Source of the DNA: Eledone cirrhosa
Lineage: Eukaryota
DNA length: 64,000 nt
Reading direction: 5' to 3'
Assembly (NCBI GenBank): GCA_964016885.1
Contig: OZ024742.1
Span: forward strand, 307,334,001 to 307,398,000
Shown: positions 35,420 to 50,952 of the stretch, piece by piece
Numbering within the stretch: the first letter of the stretch is position 1
Layout of the letters: every line of letters starts with the position of its first letter
Program-made: the position numbers and the translations under genes
The notes under the pieces: model-generated
What the model saw: only the letters and a program-made list of their open reading frames with translations
Told to the model about the DNA's origin: nothing
The model's database searches: none

Positions 35420-37448
35420 TCCTACTCAGGAGATATAACTAATCCAAAACCAGACTCAGTTTTTATCTATGTATGCTTCATATTGTCATGTTATGGTATT
35501 CTATGTTTCAATAACTGCTCAGGTTAATTTTTGACTTTCGGAGACGAGAAAGTAAAGTGCCAGTAACTCATTGGATCCATGTAACCACATCCCTTTCAAT
35601 ACATCGCCTTCTCACGAAACTACAATTAATGAACTACAGAGAAAGCATGCAAGTCGAGGTTCATGTTGAAATCGACGATGATTCAGAACTCTTACCTAAT
35701 GTTCTAAAACCTATTCCTTACCGCCAAAATAGTGGATGATACATGCACTAGAGTCCGCAATCACAATTTGCACCCGGGAGACGGGATAATACAGCCTTCC
35801 GAGCAGATTTACATTAGCCATTCGAAACTAAGTTCTACACATCTGCAGTAAAGATTTCATGTAGGAAAATCGTATGGTTTACCATTTCTTCTGAGAAAAA
35901 TCCAGGCAAATTATTGAAAAATCCTGTCTTTAACTTCAGCGTTCAAGTGGGAATTCTAGAGTTTGGTCTAGGTTACGATTAGGAAAGATAAGTGCCGCAA
36001 AATTTCAATGAATTTTGTGTAAACCGGAAGGATGGAAATCATAATAGTTTCGATTAGGATGAAATAATGTGTGAAGTTTGATCCTGTCAGTAGTCATAGC
36101 TTGAAAGAATGTTTGGAAATCGGAAGAATAAAAGTAGCAGACAACATCAGTGGGCTTTTAGCTGACATTGCAGAAGAGGCGTATATTCTGTCAAAGATAT
36201 TTTTTCTGATTTTCTGCAGATTTTCATTATTCTTTAGTCTTTATGACAATATATTAATTTTTTATGAGGCACAAGGCCAGCAATTTAAAGGGAGGTAGAA
36301 TTGGGCTAAGTTGACACCATATTGGATTTAAAATATATTCTATCGAATCCGTAATGATGAAAAGCAAAGTTGTCATTGGCAGGTGTTGAAACCAGAACGT
36401 AGAGATCCATAACGAAATAATTGTTTCTACTATTGGCACAAGGCCAGCAATTACGCAGTACATTACTGCTACTTTATTTTATCCACCCCGTAGGGATGAA
36501 AGGCAAAGTTAACCTCGGCGGTATTTGAACTCAGAATGGCAAGAATTGTAACTCTATGCGTCAAAGCATGGCGTCCGACCCTCTACCGATACAGCCAATT
36601 CACCACCCTTAATAACGAAATAATGCAATATATTACATCAGAAGACCTTACCGAATTAGCTAGCTTCAGCATTCAGTATTGAGAAGAAAGGAGGTAGGTG
36701 TATAAGAGAAACTTGCTATCTTCAATTCAGTATTCGTGCCAAGCGTTACTTATGGTCATGTATGCTGGGTAATGATCGAAAGTATATGATCAAGAATACA
36801 AGGGCTCGAAATGGGATTCCTCCGAAGGATCTTTGGAGTAACGTTACTCGATAAAGTACGTAACTCGGAGATCAGAGTGTCACTCCAGATAGATCCTCTA
36901 CATCTCATAACTGAGAGTACACAGTTCTGTTAATATTGGCATGTGGTTAGAACTTCTGAGGAAAGAATCGCAGTGCAGATTTTTACAAGCAAAACTAATC
37001 GGCAGGTGACTCTGAAGTAGAGCCCGAGCAAGATGTTTGGATAACATAAATGAGCTTGGCTAGTCACGATTGGGGACCCTGCCGGCTCAGTAGGAATTGG
37101 TTGCTTGTAACAAGACACTCTGGAAGGTATGTTTGAATACTCTGCACCCAAGACTCTGTGAGGAATAGGCGAGCGAAGAAGGGGATTTACCTCCCTTATA
37201 TTCCCCTTAAGCTGACAGCATGTGGTGAGTCTTTTTACTGAGATAATGTAATTAAAAGTAAAATATTTGTACAAACAAAACAATTTTGAACAGTACAAAT
37301 TAAAATCAGAACAAAGTATATATTCTAATTGGTATATGTGTATAAAATGTCGTGACTAATTAAATATGTGAACAATATACTATAGATAGATCAGTGGATG
37401 TAGAATAGTAAAATATATATAAAAGGTGCGAAGTAAAGCGTTTCAGTT

Positions 37449-37638
37449 ATCGCTTCTCGGCCTTTTGGCTAAGATCAAAGTGTAGTATCTGTTCTTATCA
37501 GCTTAATATCTGATATGGTCCCTATATGGGACCATCGATATTAAACTGATTTTTAGAACTTGGCGAAGAGTTAGGGGCTTGCTCCGCCTTTGCCACGGGT
37601 TGGCCTCGTATTGCAGTATATCCAGGATTTGGCCCATC
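37449..37638 (+). ncRNA. U2: U2 snRNA, copy 13 (G159C)
   Basis: Full-length; stem IV CCTCG. Confidence 0.97.
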
Positions 37639-39667
37639 TCCTACTCAGGAGATATAACTAATCCAAAACCAGACTCAGTTTTTATCTATGTATGCTTCAT
37701 ATTGTCATGTTATGGTATTCTATGTTTCAATAACTGCTCAGGTTAATTTTTGACTTTCGGAGACGAGAAAGTAAAGTGCCAGTAACTCATTGGATCCATG
37801 TAACCACATCCCTTTCAATACATCGCCTTCTCACGAAACTACAATTAATGAACTACAGAGAAAGCATGCAAGTCGAGGTTCATGTTGAAATCGACGATGA
37901 TTCAGAACTCTTACCTAATGTTCTAAAACCTATTCCTTACCGCCAAAATAGTGGATGATACATGCACTAGAGTCCGCAATCACAATTTGCACCCGGGAGA
38001 CGGGATAATACAGCCTTCCGAGCAGATTTACATTAGCCATTCGAAACTAAGTTCTACACATCTGCAGTAAAGATTTCATGTAGGAAAATCGTATGGTTTA
38101 CCATTTCTTCTGAGAAAAATCCAGGCAAATTATTGAAAAATCCTGTCTTTAACTTCAGCGTTCAAGTGGGAATTCTAGAGTTTGGTCTAGGTTACGATTA
38201 GGAAAGATAAGTGCCGCAAAATTTCAATGAATTTTGTGTAAACCGGAAGGATGGAAATCATAATAGTTTCGATTAGGATGAAATAATGTGTGAAGTTTGA
38301 TCCTGTCAGTAGTCATAGCTTGAAAGAATGTTTGGAAATCGGAAGAATAAAAGTAGCAGACAACATCAGTGGGCTTTTAGCTGACATTGCAGAAGAGGCG
38401 TATATTCTGTCAAAGATATTTTTTCTGATTTTCTGCAGATTTTCATTATTCTTTAGTCTTTATGACAATATATTAATTTTTTATGAGGCACAAGGCCAGC
38501 AATTTAAAGGGAGGTAGAATTGGGCTAAGTTGACACCATATTGGATTTAAAATATATTCTATCGAATCCGTAATGATGAAAAGCAAAGTTGTCATTGGCA
38601 GGTGTTGAAACCAGAACGTAGAGATCCATAACGAAATAATTGTTTCTACTATTGGCACAAGGCCAGCAATTACGCAGTACATTACTGCTACTTTATTTTA
38701 TCCACCCCGTAGGGATGAAAGGCAAAGTTAACCTCGGCGGTATTTGAACTCAGAATGGCAAGAATTGTAACTCTATGCGTCAAAGCATGGCGTCCGACCC
38801 TCTACCGATACAGCCAATTCACCACCCTTAATAACGAAATAATGCAATATATTACATCAGAAGACCTTACCGAATTAGCTAGCTTCAGCATTCAGTATTG
38901 AGAAGAAAGGAGGTAGGTGTATAAGAGAAACTTGCTATCTTCAATTCAGTATTCGTGCCAAGCGTTACTTATGGTCATGTATGCTGGGTAATGATCGAAA
39001 GTATATGATCAAGAATACAAGGGCTCGAAATGGGATTCCTCCGAAGGATCTTTGGAGTAACGTTACTCGATAAAGCACGTAACTCGGAGATCAGAGTGTC
39101 ACTCCAGATAGATCCTCTACATCTCATAACTGAGAGTACACAGTTCTGTTAATATTGGCATGTGGTTAGAACTTCTGAGGAAAGAATCGCAGTGCAGATT
39201 TTTACAAGCAAAACTAATCGGCAGGTGACTCTGAAGTAGAGCCCGAGCAAGATGTTTGGATAACATAAATGAGCTTGGCTAGTCACGATTGGAGATCCTG
39301 CCGGCTCAGTAGGAATTGGTTGCTTGTAACAAGACACTCTGGAAGGTATGTTTGAATACTCTGCACCCAAGACTCTGTGAGGAATAGGCGAGCGAAGAAG
39401 GGGATTTACCTCCCTTATATTCCCCTTAAGCTGACAGCATGTGGTGAGTCTTTTTACTGAGATAATGTAATTAAAAGTAAAATATTTGTACAAACAAAAC
39501 AATTTTGAACAGTACAAATTAAAATCAGAACAAAGTATATATTCTAATTGGTATATGTGTATAAAATGTTGTGACTAATTAAATATGTGAACAATATACT
39601 ATAGATAGATCAGTGGATGTAGAATAGTAAAATATATATAAAAGGTGCGAAGTAAAGCGTTTCAGTT

Positions 39668-39857
39668 ATCGCTTCTCGGCCTTTTGGCTAAGATCAAAGT
39701 GTAGTATCTGTTCTTATCAGCTTAATATCTGATATGGTCCCTATATGGGACCATCGATATTAAACTGATTTTTAGAACTTGGCGAAGAGTTAGGGGCTTG
39801 CTCCGCCTTTGCCACGGGTTGGCCTGGTATTGCAGTATATCCAGGATTTGGCCCATC
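39668..39857 (+). ncRNA. U2: U2 snRNA, copy 14 (consensus)
   Basis: Full-length match to copy 3. Confidence 0.97.
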
Positions 39858-41886
39858 TCCTACTCAGGAGATATAACTAATCCAAAAACAGACTCAGTTT
39901 TTATCTATGTATGCTTCATATTGTCATGTTATGGTATTCTATGTTTCAATAACTGCCCAGGTTAATTTTTGACTTTCGGAGACGAGAAAGTAAAGTGCCA
40001 GTAACTCATTGGATCCATGTAACCACATCCCTTTCAATACATCGCCTTCTCACGAAACTACAATTAATGAACTACAGAGTAAGCATGCAAGTCGAGGTTC
40101 ATGCTGAAATCGACGATGATTCAGAACTCTTACCTAATGTTCTAAAACCTATTCCTTACCGCCAAAATAGTGGATGATACATGCACTAGAGTCCGCAATC
40201 ACAATTTGCACCCGGGAGACGGGATAATACAGCCTTCCGAGCAGATTTACGTTAGCCATTCGAAACCAAGTTCTACACATCTGCAGTAAAAATTTCATGT
40301 AGGAAAATCCTATGGTTTACCATTTCTTCTGATAAAAATCCAGGCAAATTATTGAAAAATCCTGTCTTTAACTTCAGCGTTCAAGTGGGAATTCTAGAGT
40401 TTGGTCTAGCTTACGATTAAGAAAGATAAATGCCGCAAAATTTCAATGAATTTTGTATAAACCGGAAGGATGGAAATCATAATAGTTTCGATTAGGATGA
40501 AATAATGTGTGAAGTTTGATCCTGTCAGTAGTCATAGCTTGAAAGAATGTTTGGAAATCGGAAGAATAAAAGTAGCAGACAACATCAGTCGGCTTTTAAC
40601 TGACATTGCAGAAGAGGCGTATATTCTGTCAAAGATATTTTTTCTAATTTTCTGCAGATTTTCATTATTCTTTAGTCTTTATGACAATATATTAATTTCT
40701 TATGAGGCACAAGGCCAGCAATTTAAAGGGAGGTAAAATTGGGCTAAGTTGACACCATATTGGATTTAAAATATATTCTATCGAATCCGTAATGATGAAA
40801 AGCAAAGTTGTCATTGGCAGGTGTTGAAACCAGAACGTAGAGATCCATAACGAAATAATTGTTTCTACTATTGGCACAAGGCCAGCAATTACGCAGTACA
40901 TTACTGCTACATTATTTTATCCACCCCGTAGGGATGAAAGGCAAAGTTAACCTCGGCGGTATTTGAACTCAGAATGGCAAGAATTGTAACTCTATGCGTC
41001 AAAGCATGGCGTCCGACCCTCTACCGATACAGCCAATTCACCACCCTTAATAACGAAATAATGCAATATATTACATCAGACGACCTTACCGAATTAGCTA
41101 GCTTCAGCATTCAGTATTGAGAAGAAAGGAGGTAGGTGTATAAGAGAAACTTGCTATCTTCAATTCAGTATTCGTTCCAAGCGTTACTTATGGTCATGTA
41201 TGCTGGGTAATGATCGAAAGTATACGATCAAGAATACAAGGGCTCGAAATGGGATTCCTCCGAAGGATCTTTGGAGTAACGTTACTCGATAAAGTACGTA
41301 ACTCGGAGATCAGAGTGTCACTCCAGATAGATCCTCTACATCTCATAACTGAGAGTACACAGTTCTGTTAATATTGGCATGTGGTTAGAACTTCTGAGGA
41401 AAGAATCGCAGTGCACATTTTTACAAGCAAAACTAATCGGCAGGTGACTCTGAAGTAGAGCCCGAGCAAGATGTTTGGATAACATAAATGAGCTTGGCTA
41501 GTCACGATTGGGGACCCTGCCGGCTCAGTAGGAATTGGTTGCTTGTAACAAGACACTCTGGAAGGTATGTTTGAATACTCTGCACCCAAGACTCTGTGAG
41601 GAATAGGCGAGCGAAGAAGGGGATTTACCTCCCTTATATTCCCCTTAAGCTGACAGCATGTGGTGAGTCTTTTTACTGAGATAATGTAATTAAAAGTAAA
41701 ATATTTGTACAAACAAAACAATTTTGAACAGTACAAATTAAAATCAGAACAAAGTATATATTCTAATTGGTATATGTGTATAAAATGTCGTGACTAATTA
41801 AATATGTGAACAATATACTATAGATAGATCAGTGGATGTAGAATAGTAAAATATATATAAAAGGTGCGAAGTAAAGCGTTTCAGTT

Positions 41887-42076
41887 ATCGCTTCTCGGCC
41901 TTTTGGCTAAGATCAAAGTGTAGTATCTGTTCTTATCAGCTTAATATCTGATATGGTCCCTATATGGGACCATCGATATTAAACTGATTTTTAGAACTTG
42001 GCGAAGAGTTAGGGGCTTGCTCCGCCTTTGCCACGGGTTGGCCTCGTATTGCAGTATATCCAGGATTTGGCCCATC
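41887..42076 (+). ncRNA. U2: U2 snRNA, copy 15 (G159C)
   Basis: Full-length; stem IV CCTCG. Confidence 0.97.
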
Positions 42077-44105
42077 TCCTACTCAGGAGATATAACTAAT
42101 CCAAAAACAGACTCAGTTTTTATCTATGTATGCTTCATATTGTCATGTTATGGTATTCTATGTTTCAATAACTGCCCAGGTTAATTTTTGACTTTCGGAG
42201 ACGAGAAAGTAAAGTGCCAGTAACTCATTGGATCCATGTAACCACATCCCTTTCAATACATCGCCTTCTCACGAAACTACAATTAATGAACTACAGAGTA
42301 AGCATGCAAGTCGAGGTTCATGCTGAAATCGACGATGATTCAGAACTCTTACCTAATGTTCTAAAACCTATTCCTTACCGCCAAAATAGTGGATGATACA
42401 TGCACTAGAGTCCGCAATCACAATTCGCACCCGGGAGACGGGATAATACAGCCTTCCGAGCAGATTTACATTAGCCATTCGAAACTAAGTTCTACACATC
42501 TGCAGTAAAGATTTCATGTAGGAAAATCGTATGGTTTACCATTTCTTCTGAGAAAAATCCAGGCAAATTATTGAAAAATCCTGTCTTTAACTTCAGCGTT
42601 CAAGTGGGAATTCTAGAGTTTGGTCTAGGTTACGATTAGGAAAGATAAGTGCCGCAAAATTTCAATGAATTTTGTGTAAACCGGAAGGATGGAAATCATA
42701 ATAGTTTCGATTAGGAGGAAATAATGTGTGAAGTTTGATCCTGTCAGTAGTCATAGCTTGAAAGAATGTTTGGAAATCGGAAGAATAAAAGTAGCAGACA
42801 ACATCAGGCGGCTTTTAACTGACATTGCAGAAGAGGCGTATATTCTGTCAAAGATATTTTTTCTAATTTTCTGCAGATTTTCATTATTCTTTAGTCTTTA
42901 TGACAATATATTAATTTCTTATGAGGCACAAGGCCAGCAATTTAAGGGGAGGTAGAATTGGGCTAAGTTGACAGCATATTGGATTTAAAATATATTCTAT
43001 CGAATCCGTAATGATGAAAAGCAAAGTTGTCATTGGCAGGTGTTGAAACCAGAACGTAGAGATCCATAACGAAATAATTGTTTCTACTATTGGCACAAGG
43101 CCAGCAATTACGCAGTACATTACTGCTACATTATTTTATCCACCCCGTAGGGATGAAAGGCAAAGTTAACCTCGGCGGTATTTGAACTCAGAATGGCAAG
43201 AGTTGTAACTCTATGCGTCAAAGCATGGCGTCCGACCCTCTACCGATACAGCCAATTCACCACCCTTAATAACGAAATAATGCAATATATTACATCAGAC
43301 GACCTTACCGAATTAGCTAGCTTCAGCATTCAGTATTGAGAAGAAAGGAGGTAGGTGTATAAGAGAAACTTGCTATCTTCAATTCAGTATTCGTGCCAAG
43401 CGTTACTTATGGTCATGTATGCTGGGTAATGATCGAAAGTATATGATCAAGAATACAAGGGCTCGAAATGGGATTCCTCCGAAGGATCTTTGGAGTAACG
43501 TTACTCGATAAAGTACGTAACTGGGAGATCAGAGTGTCACTCCAGATAGATCCTCTACATCTCATAACTGAGAGTACACAGTTCTGTTAATATTGGCATG
43601 TGGTTAGAACTTCTGAGGAAAGAATCGCAGTGCAGATTTTTACAAGCAAAACTAATCGGCAGGTGACTCTGAAGTAGAGCCCGAGCAAGATGTTTGGATA
43701 ACATAAATGAGCTTGGCTAGTCACGATTGGGGACCCTGCCGGCTCAGTAGGAATTGGTTGCTTGTAACAAGACACTCTGGAAGGTATGTTTGAATACTCT
43801 GCACCCAAGACTCTGTGAGGAATAGGCGAGCGAAGAAGGGGATTTACCTCCCTTATATTCCCCTTAAGCTGACAGCATGTGGTGAGTCTTTTTACTGAGA
43901 TAATGTAATTAAAAGTAAAATATTTGTACAAACAAAACAATTTTGAACAGTACAAATTAAAATCAGAACAAAGTATATATTCTAATTGGTATATGTGTAT
44001 AAAATGTCGTGACTAATTAAATATGTGAACAATATACTATAGATAGATCAGTGGATGTAGAATAGTAAAATATATATAAAAGGTGCGAAGTAAAGCGTTT
44101 CAGTT

Positions 44106-44295
44106 ATCGCTTCTCGGCCTTTTGGCTAAGATCAAAGTGTAGTATCTGTTCTTATCAGCTTAATATCTGATATGGTCCCTATATGGGACCATCGATATTA
44201 AACTGATTTTTAGAACTTGGCGAAGAGTTAGGGGCTTCCTCCGCCTTTGCCACGGGGTGGCCTGGTATTGCAGTATATCCAGGATTTGGCCCATC
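44106..44295 (+). ncRNA. U2: U2 snRNA, copy 16 (G133C + U152G)
   Basis: Full-length; reads GGGGCTTCCTCC and CACGGGGTGG. Confidence 0.97.
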
Positions 44296-46324
44296 TCCTA
44301 CTCGGGAGATATAACTAATCCAAAAACAGACTCAGTTTTTATCTATGTATGCTTCATATTGTCATGTTATGGTATTCTATGTTTCAATAACTGCTTAGGT
44401 TAATTTTTGACTTTCGGAGTCGAGAAAGTAAAGTGCCAGTAACTCATTGGATCCATGTAACCACATCCCTTTCAATACATCGCCTTCTCACGAAACTACA
44501 ATTAATGAACTACAGAGAAAGCATGCAAGTCGAGGTTCATGTTGAAATCGACGATGATTCAGAACTCTTACCTAATGTTCTAAAACCTATTCCTTACCGC
44601 CAAAATAGTGGATGATACATGCACTAGAGTCTGCAATCACAATTTGCACCCGGGAGACGGGATAATACAGCCTTCCGAGCAGATTTACATTAGCCATTCG
44701 AAACTAAGTTCTACACATCTGCAGTAAAGATTTCATGTAGGAAAATCGTATGGTTTACCATTTCTTCTGAGAAAAATCCAGGCAAATTATTGAAAAATCC
44801 TGTCTTTAACTTCAGCGTTCAAGTGGGAATTCTAGAGTTTGGTCTAGGTTACGATTAAGAAAGATAAGTGCCGCAAAATTTCAATGAATTTTGTGTAAAC
44901 CGGAAGGATGGAAATCATAATAGTTTCGATTAGGATGAAATAATGTGTGAAGTTTGATCCTGTCAGTAGTCATAGCTTGAAAGAATGTTTGGAAATCGGA
45001 AGAATAAAAGTAGCAGACAACATCAGGCGGCTTTTAGCTGACATTGCAGAAGAGGCGTATATTCTGTCAAAGATATTTTTTCTGATTTTCTGCAGATTTT
45101 CATTATTCTTTAGTCTTTATGACAATATATCAATTTTTTATGATGCACAAGGCCAGCAATTTAAAGGGAGGTAAAATTGGGCTAAGTTGACACCATATTG
45201 GATTTAAAATATATTCTATCGAATCCGTAATGATGAAAAGCAAAGTTGTCATTGGCAGGTGTTGAAACCAGAACGTAGAGATCCATAACGAAATAATTGT
45301 TTCTACTATTGGCACAAGGACAGCAATTACGCAGTACATTACTGCTACATTATTTTATCCACCCCGTAGGGATGAAAGGCAAAGTTAACCTCGGCGGTAT
45401 TTGAACTCAGAATGGCAAGAATTGTAACTCTATGCGTCAAAGCATGGCGTCCGACCCTCTACCGATACAGCCAATTCACCACCCTTAATAACGAAATAAA
45501 GCAATATATTACATCAGACGACCTTACCGAATTAGCTAGCTTCAGCATTCAGTATTGAGAAGAAAGGAGGTAGGTGTATAAGAGAAACTTGCTATCTTCA
45601 ATTCAGTATTCGTGCCAAGCGTTACTTATGGTCATGTATGCTGGGTAATGATCGAAAGTATATGATCAAGAATACAAGGGCTCGAAATGGGATTCCTCCG
45701 AAGGATCTTTGGAGTAACGTTACTCGATAAAGTACGTAACTCGGAGATCAGAGTGTCACTCCAGATAGATCCTCTACATCTCATAACTGAGAGTACACAG
45801 TTCTGTTAATATTGGCATGTGATTAGAACTTCTGAGGAAAGAATCGCAGTGCAGATTTTTACAAGCAAAACTAATCGGCAGGTGACTCTGAAGTAGAGCC
45901 CGAGCAAGATGTTTGGATAACATAAATGAGCTTGGCTAGTCACGATTGGGGACCCTGCCGGCTCAGTAGGAATTGGTTGCTTGTAACAAGACACTCTGGA
46001 AGGTATGTTTGAATACTCTGCACCCAAGACTCTGTGAGGAATAGGCGAGCGAAGAAGGGGATTTACCTCCCTTATATTCCCCTTAAGCTGACAGCATGTG
46101 GTGAGTCTTTTTACTGAGATAATGTAATTAAAAGTAAAATATTTGTACAAACAAAACAATTTTGAACAGTACAAATTAAAATCAGAACAAAGTATATATT
46201 CTAATTGGTATATGTGTATAAAATGTCGTGACTAATTAAATATGTGAACAATATACTATAGATAGATCAGTGGATGTAGAATAGTAAAATATATATAAAA
46301 GGTGCGAAGTAAAGCGTTTCAGTT

Positions 46325-46514
46325 ATCGCTTCTCGGCCTTTTGGCTAAGATCAAAGTGTAGTATCTGTTCTTATCAGCTTAATATCTGATATGGTCCCTA
46401 TATGGGACCATCGATATTAAACTGATTTTTAGAACTTGGCGAAGAGTTAGGGGCTTGCTCCGCCTTTGCCACGGGTTGGCCTGGTATTGCAGTATATCCA
46501 GGATTTGGCCCATC
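46325..46514 (+). ncRNA. U2: U2 snRNA, copy 17 (consensus)
   Basis: Full-length match to copy 3. Confidence 0.97.
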
Positions 46515-48543
46515 TCCTACTCAGGAGATATAACTAATCCAAAAACAGACTCAGTTTTTATCTATGTATGCTTCATATTGTCATGTTATGGTATTCTATG
46601 TTTCAATAACTGCCCAGGTTAATTTTTGACTTTCGGAGACGAGAAAGTAAAGTGCCAGTAACTCATTGGATCCATGTAACCACATCCCTTTCAATACATC
46701 GCCTTCTCACGAAACTACAATTAATGAACTACAGAGTAAGCAGGCAAGTCGAGGTTCATGCTGAAATCGACGATGATTCAGAACTCTTACCTAATGTTCT
46801 AAAACCTATTCCTTACCGCCAAAATAGTGGATGATACATGCACTAGAGTCCGCAATCACAATTCGCACCCGGGAGACGGGATAATACAGCCTTCCGAGCA
46901 GATTTACGTCAGCCATTCGAAACTAAGTTCTACACATCTGCAGTAAAAATTTCATGTAGGAAAATCCTATGGTTTACCATTTCTTCTGATAAAAATCCAG
47001 GCAAATTATTGAAAAATCCTGTCTTTAACTTCAGCGTTCAAGTGGGAATTCTAGAGTTTGGTCTAGCTTACGATTAAGAAAGATAAGTGCCGCAAAATTT
47101 CAATGAATTTTGTGTAAACCGGAAGGATGGAAATCATAATAGTTTCGATTAGGATGAAATAATGTGTGAAGTTTGATCCTGTCAGTAGTCATAGCTTGAA
47201 AGAATGTTTGGAAATCGGAAGAATAAAAGTAGCAGACAACATCAGGCGGCTTTTAACTGACATTGCAGAAGAGGCGTATATTCTGTCAAAGATATTTTTT
47301 CTAATTTTCTGCAGATTTTCATTATTCTTTAGTCTTTATGACAATATATTAATTTCTTATGAGGCACAAGGCCAGCAATTTAAGGGGAGGTAGAATTGGG
47401 CTAAGTTGACAGCATATTGGATTTAAAATATATTCTATCGAATCCGTAATGATGAAAAGCAAAGTTGTCATTGGCAGGTGTTGAAACCAGAACGTAGAGA
47501 TCCATAACGAAATAATTGTTTCTACTATTGGCACAAGGCCAGCAATTACGCAGTACATTACTGCTACATTATTTTATCCACCCCGTAGGGATGAAAGGCA
47601 AAGTTAACCTCGGCGGTATTTGAACTCAGAATGGCAAGAGTTGTAACTCTATGCGTCAAAGCATGGCGTCCGACCCTCTACCGATACAGCCAATTCACCA
47701 CCCTTAATAACGAAATAATGCAATATATTACATCAGACGACCTTACCGAATTAGCTAGCTTCAGCATTCAGTATTGAGAAGAAAGGAGGTAGGTGTATAA
47801 GAGAAACTTGCTATCTTCAATTCAGTATTCGTGCCAAGCGTTACTTATGGTCATGTATGCTGGGTAATGATCGAAAGTATACGATCAAGAATACAAGGGC
47901 TCGAAATGGGATTCCTCCGAAGGATCTTTGGAGTAACGTTACTCGATAAAGTACGTAACTGGGAGATCAGAGTGTCACTCCAGATAGATCCTCTACATCT
48001 CATAACTGAGAGTACACAGTTCTGTTAATATTGGCATGTGGTTAGAACTTCTGAGGAAAGAATCGCAGTGCAGATTTTTACAAGCAAAACTAATCGGCAG
48101 GTGACTCTGAAGTAGAGCCCGAGCAAGATGTTTGGATAACATAAATGAGCTTGGCTAGTCACGATTGGGGACCCTGCCGGCTCAGTAGGAATTGGTTGCT
48201 TGTAACAAGACACTCTGGAAGGTATGTTTGAATACTCTGCACCCAAGACTCTGTGAGGAATAGGCGAGCGAAGAAGGGGATTTACCTCCCTTATATTCCC
48301 CTTAAGCTGACAGCATGTGGTGAGTCTTTTTACTGAGATAATGTAATTAAAAGTAAAATATTTGTACAAACAAAACAATTTTGAACAGTACAAATTAAAA
48401 TCAGAACAAAGTATATATTCTAATTGGTATATGTGTATAAAATGTCGTGACTAATTAAATATGTGAACAATATACTATAGATAGATCAGTGGATGTAGAA
48501 TAGTAAAATATATATAAAAGGTGCGAAGTAAAGCGTTTCAGTT

Positions 48544-48733
48544 ATCGCTTCTCGGCCTTTTGGCTAAGATCAAAGTGTAGTATCTGTTCTTATCAGCTTA
48601 ATATCTGATATGGTCCCTATATGGGACCATCGATATTAAACTGATTTTTAGAACTTGGCGAAGAGTTAGGGGCTTGCTCCGCCTTTGCCACGGGTTGGCC
48701 TCGTATTGCAGTATATCCAGGATTTGGCCCATC
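48544..48733 (+). ncRNA. U2: U2 snRNA, copy 18 (G159C)
   Basis: Full-length; stem IV CCTCG. Confidence 0.97.
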
Positions 48734-50762
48734 TCCTACTCAGGAGATATAACTAATCCAAAACCAGACTCAGTTTTTATCTATGTATGCTTCATATTGT
48801 CATGTTATGGTATTCTATGTTTCAATAACTGCTCAGGTTAATTTTTGACTTTCGGAGACGAGAAAGTAAAGTGCCAGTAACTCATTGGATCCATGTAACC
48901 ACATCCCTTTCAATACATCGCCTTCTCACGAAACTACAATTAATGAACTACAGAGAAAGCATGCAAGTCGAGGTTCATGTTGAAATCGACGATGATTCAG
49001 AACTCTTACCTAATGTTCTAAAACCTATTCCTTACCGCCAAAATAGTGGATGATACATGCACTAGAGTCCGCAATCACAATTTGCACCCGGGAGACGGGA
49101 TAATACAGCCTTCCGAGCAGATTTACATTAGCCATTCGAAACTAAGTTCTACACATCTGCAGTAAAGATTTCATGTAGGAAAATCGTATGGTTTACCATT
49201 TCTTCTGAGAAAAATCCAGGCAAATTATTGAAAAATCCTGTCTTTAACTTCAGCGTTCAAGTGGGAATTCTAGAGTTTGGTCTAGGTTACGATTAGGAAA
49301 GATAAGTGCCGCAAAATTTCAATGAATTTTGTGTAAACCGGAAGGATGGAAATCATAATAGTTTCGATTAGGATGAAATAATGTGTGAAGTTTGATCCTG
49401 TCAGTAGTCATAGCTTGAAAGAATGTTTGGAAATCGGAAGAATAAAAGTAGCAGACAACATCAGTGGGCTTTTAGCTGACATTGCAGAAGAGGCGTATAT
49501 TCTGTCAAAGATATTTTTTCTGATTTTCTGCAGATTTTCATTATTCTTTAGTCTTTATGACAATATATTAATTTCTTATGAGGCACAAGGCCAGCAATTT
49601 AAGGGGAGGTAGAATTGGGCTAAGTTGACAGCATATTGGATTTAAAATATATTCTATCGAATCCGTAATGATGAAAAGCAAAGTTGTCATTGGCAGGTGT
49701 TGAAACCAGAACGTAGAGATCCATAACGAAATAATTGTTTCTACTATTGGCACAAGGCCAGCAATTACGCAGTACATTACTGCTACATTATTTTATCCAC
49801 CCCGTAGGGATGAAAGGCAAAGTTAACCTCGGCGGTATTTGAACTCAGAATGGCAAGAGTTGTAACTCTATGCGTCAAAGCATGGCGTCCGACCCTCTAC
49901 CGATACAGCCAATTCACCACCCTTAATAACGAAATAATGCAATATATTACATCAGACGACCTTACCGAATTAGCTAGCTTCAGCATTCAGTATTGAGAAG
50001 AAAGGAGGTAGGTGTATAAGAGAAACTTGCTATCTTCAATTCAGTATTCGTGCCAAGCGTTACTTATGGTCATGTATGCTGGGTAATGATCGAAAGTATA
50101 TGATCAAGAATACAAGGGCTCGAAATGGGATTCCTCCGAAGGATCTTTGGAGTAACGTTACTCGATAAAGTACGTAACTGGGAGATCAGAGTGTCACTCC
50201 AGATAGATCCTCTACATCTCATAACTGAGAGTACACAGTTCTGTTAATATTGGCATGTGGTTAGAACTTCTGAGGAAAGAATCGCAGTGCAGATTTTTAC
50301 AAGCAAAACTAATCGGCAGGTGACTCTGAAGTAGAGCCCGAGCAAGATGTTTGGATAACATAAATGAGCTTGGCTAGTCACGATTGGGGACCCTGCCGGC
50401 TCAGTAGGAATTGGTTGCTTGTAACAAGACACTCTGGAAGGTATGTTTGAATACTCTGCACCCAAGACTCTGTGAGGAATAGGCGAGCGAAGAAGGGGAT
50501 TTACCTCCCTTATATTCCCCTTAAGCTGACAGCATGTGGTGAGTCTTTTTACTGAGATAATGTAATTAAAAGTAAAATATTTGTACAAACAAAACAATTT
50601 TGAACAGTACAAATTAAAATCAGAACAAAGTATATATTCTAATTGGTATATGTGTATAAAATGTCGTGACTAATTAAATATGTGAACAATATACTATAGA
50701 TAGATCAGTGGATGTAGAATAGTAAAATATATATAAAAGGTGCGAAGTAAAGCGTTTCAGTT

Positions 50763-50952
50763 ATCGCTTCTCGGCCTTTTGGCTAAGATCAAAGTGTAGT
50801 ATCTGTTCTTATCAGCTTAATATCTGATATGGTCCCTATATGGGACCATCGATATTAAACTGATTTTTAGAACTTGGCGAAGAGTTAGGGGCTTCCTCCG
50901 CCTTTGCCACGGGGTGGCCTGGTATTGCAGTATATCCAGGATTTGGCCCATC
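50763..50952 (+). ncRNA. U2: U2 snRNA, copy 19 (G133C + U152G)
   Basis: Full-length match to copy 16. Confidence 0.97.
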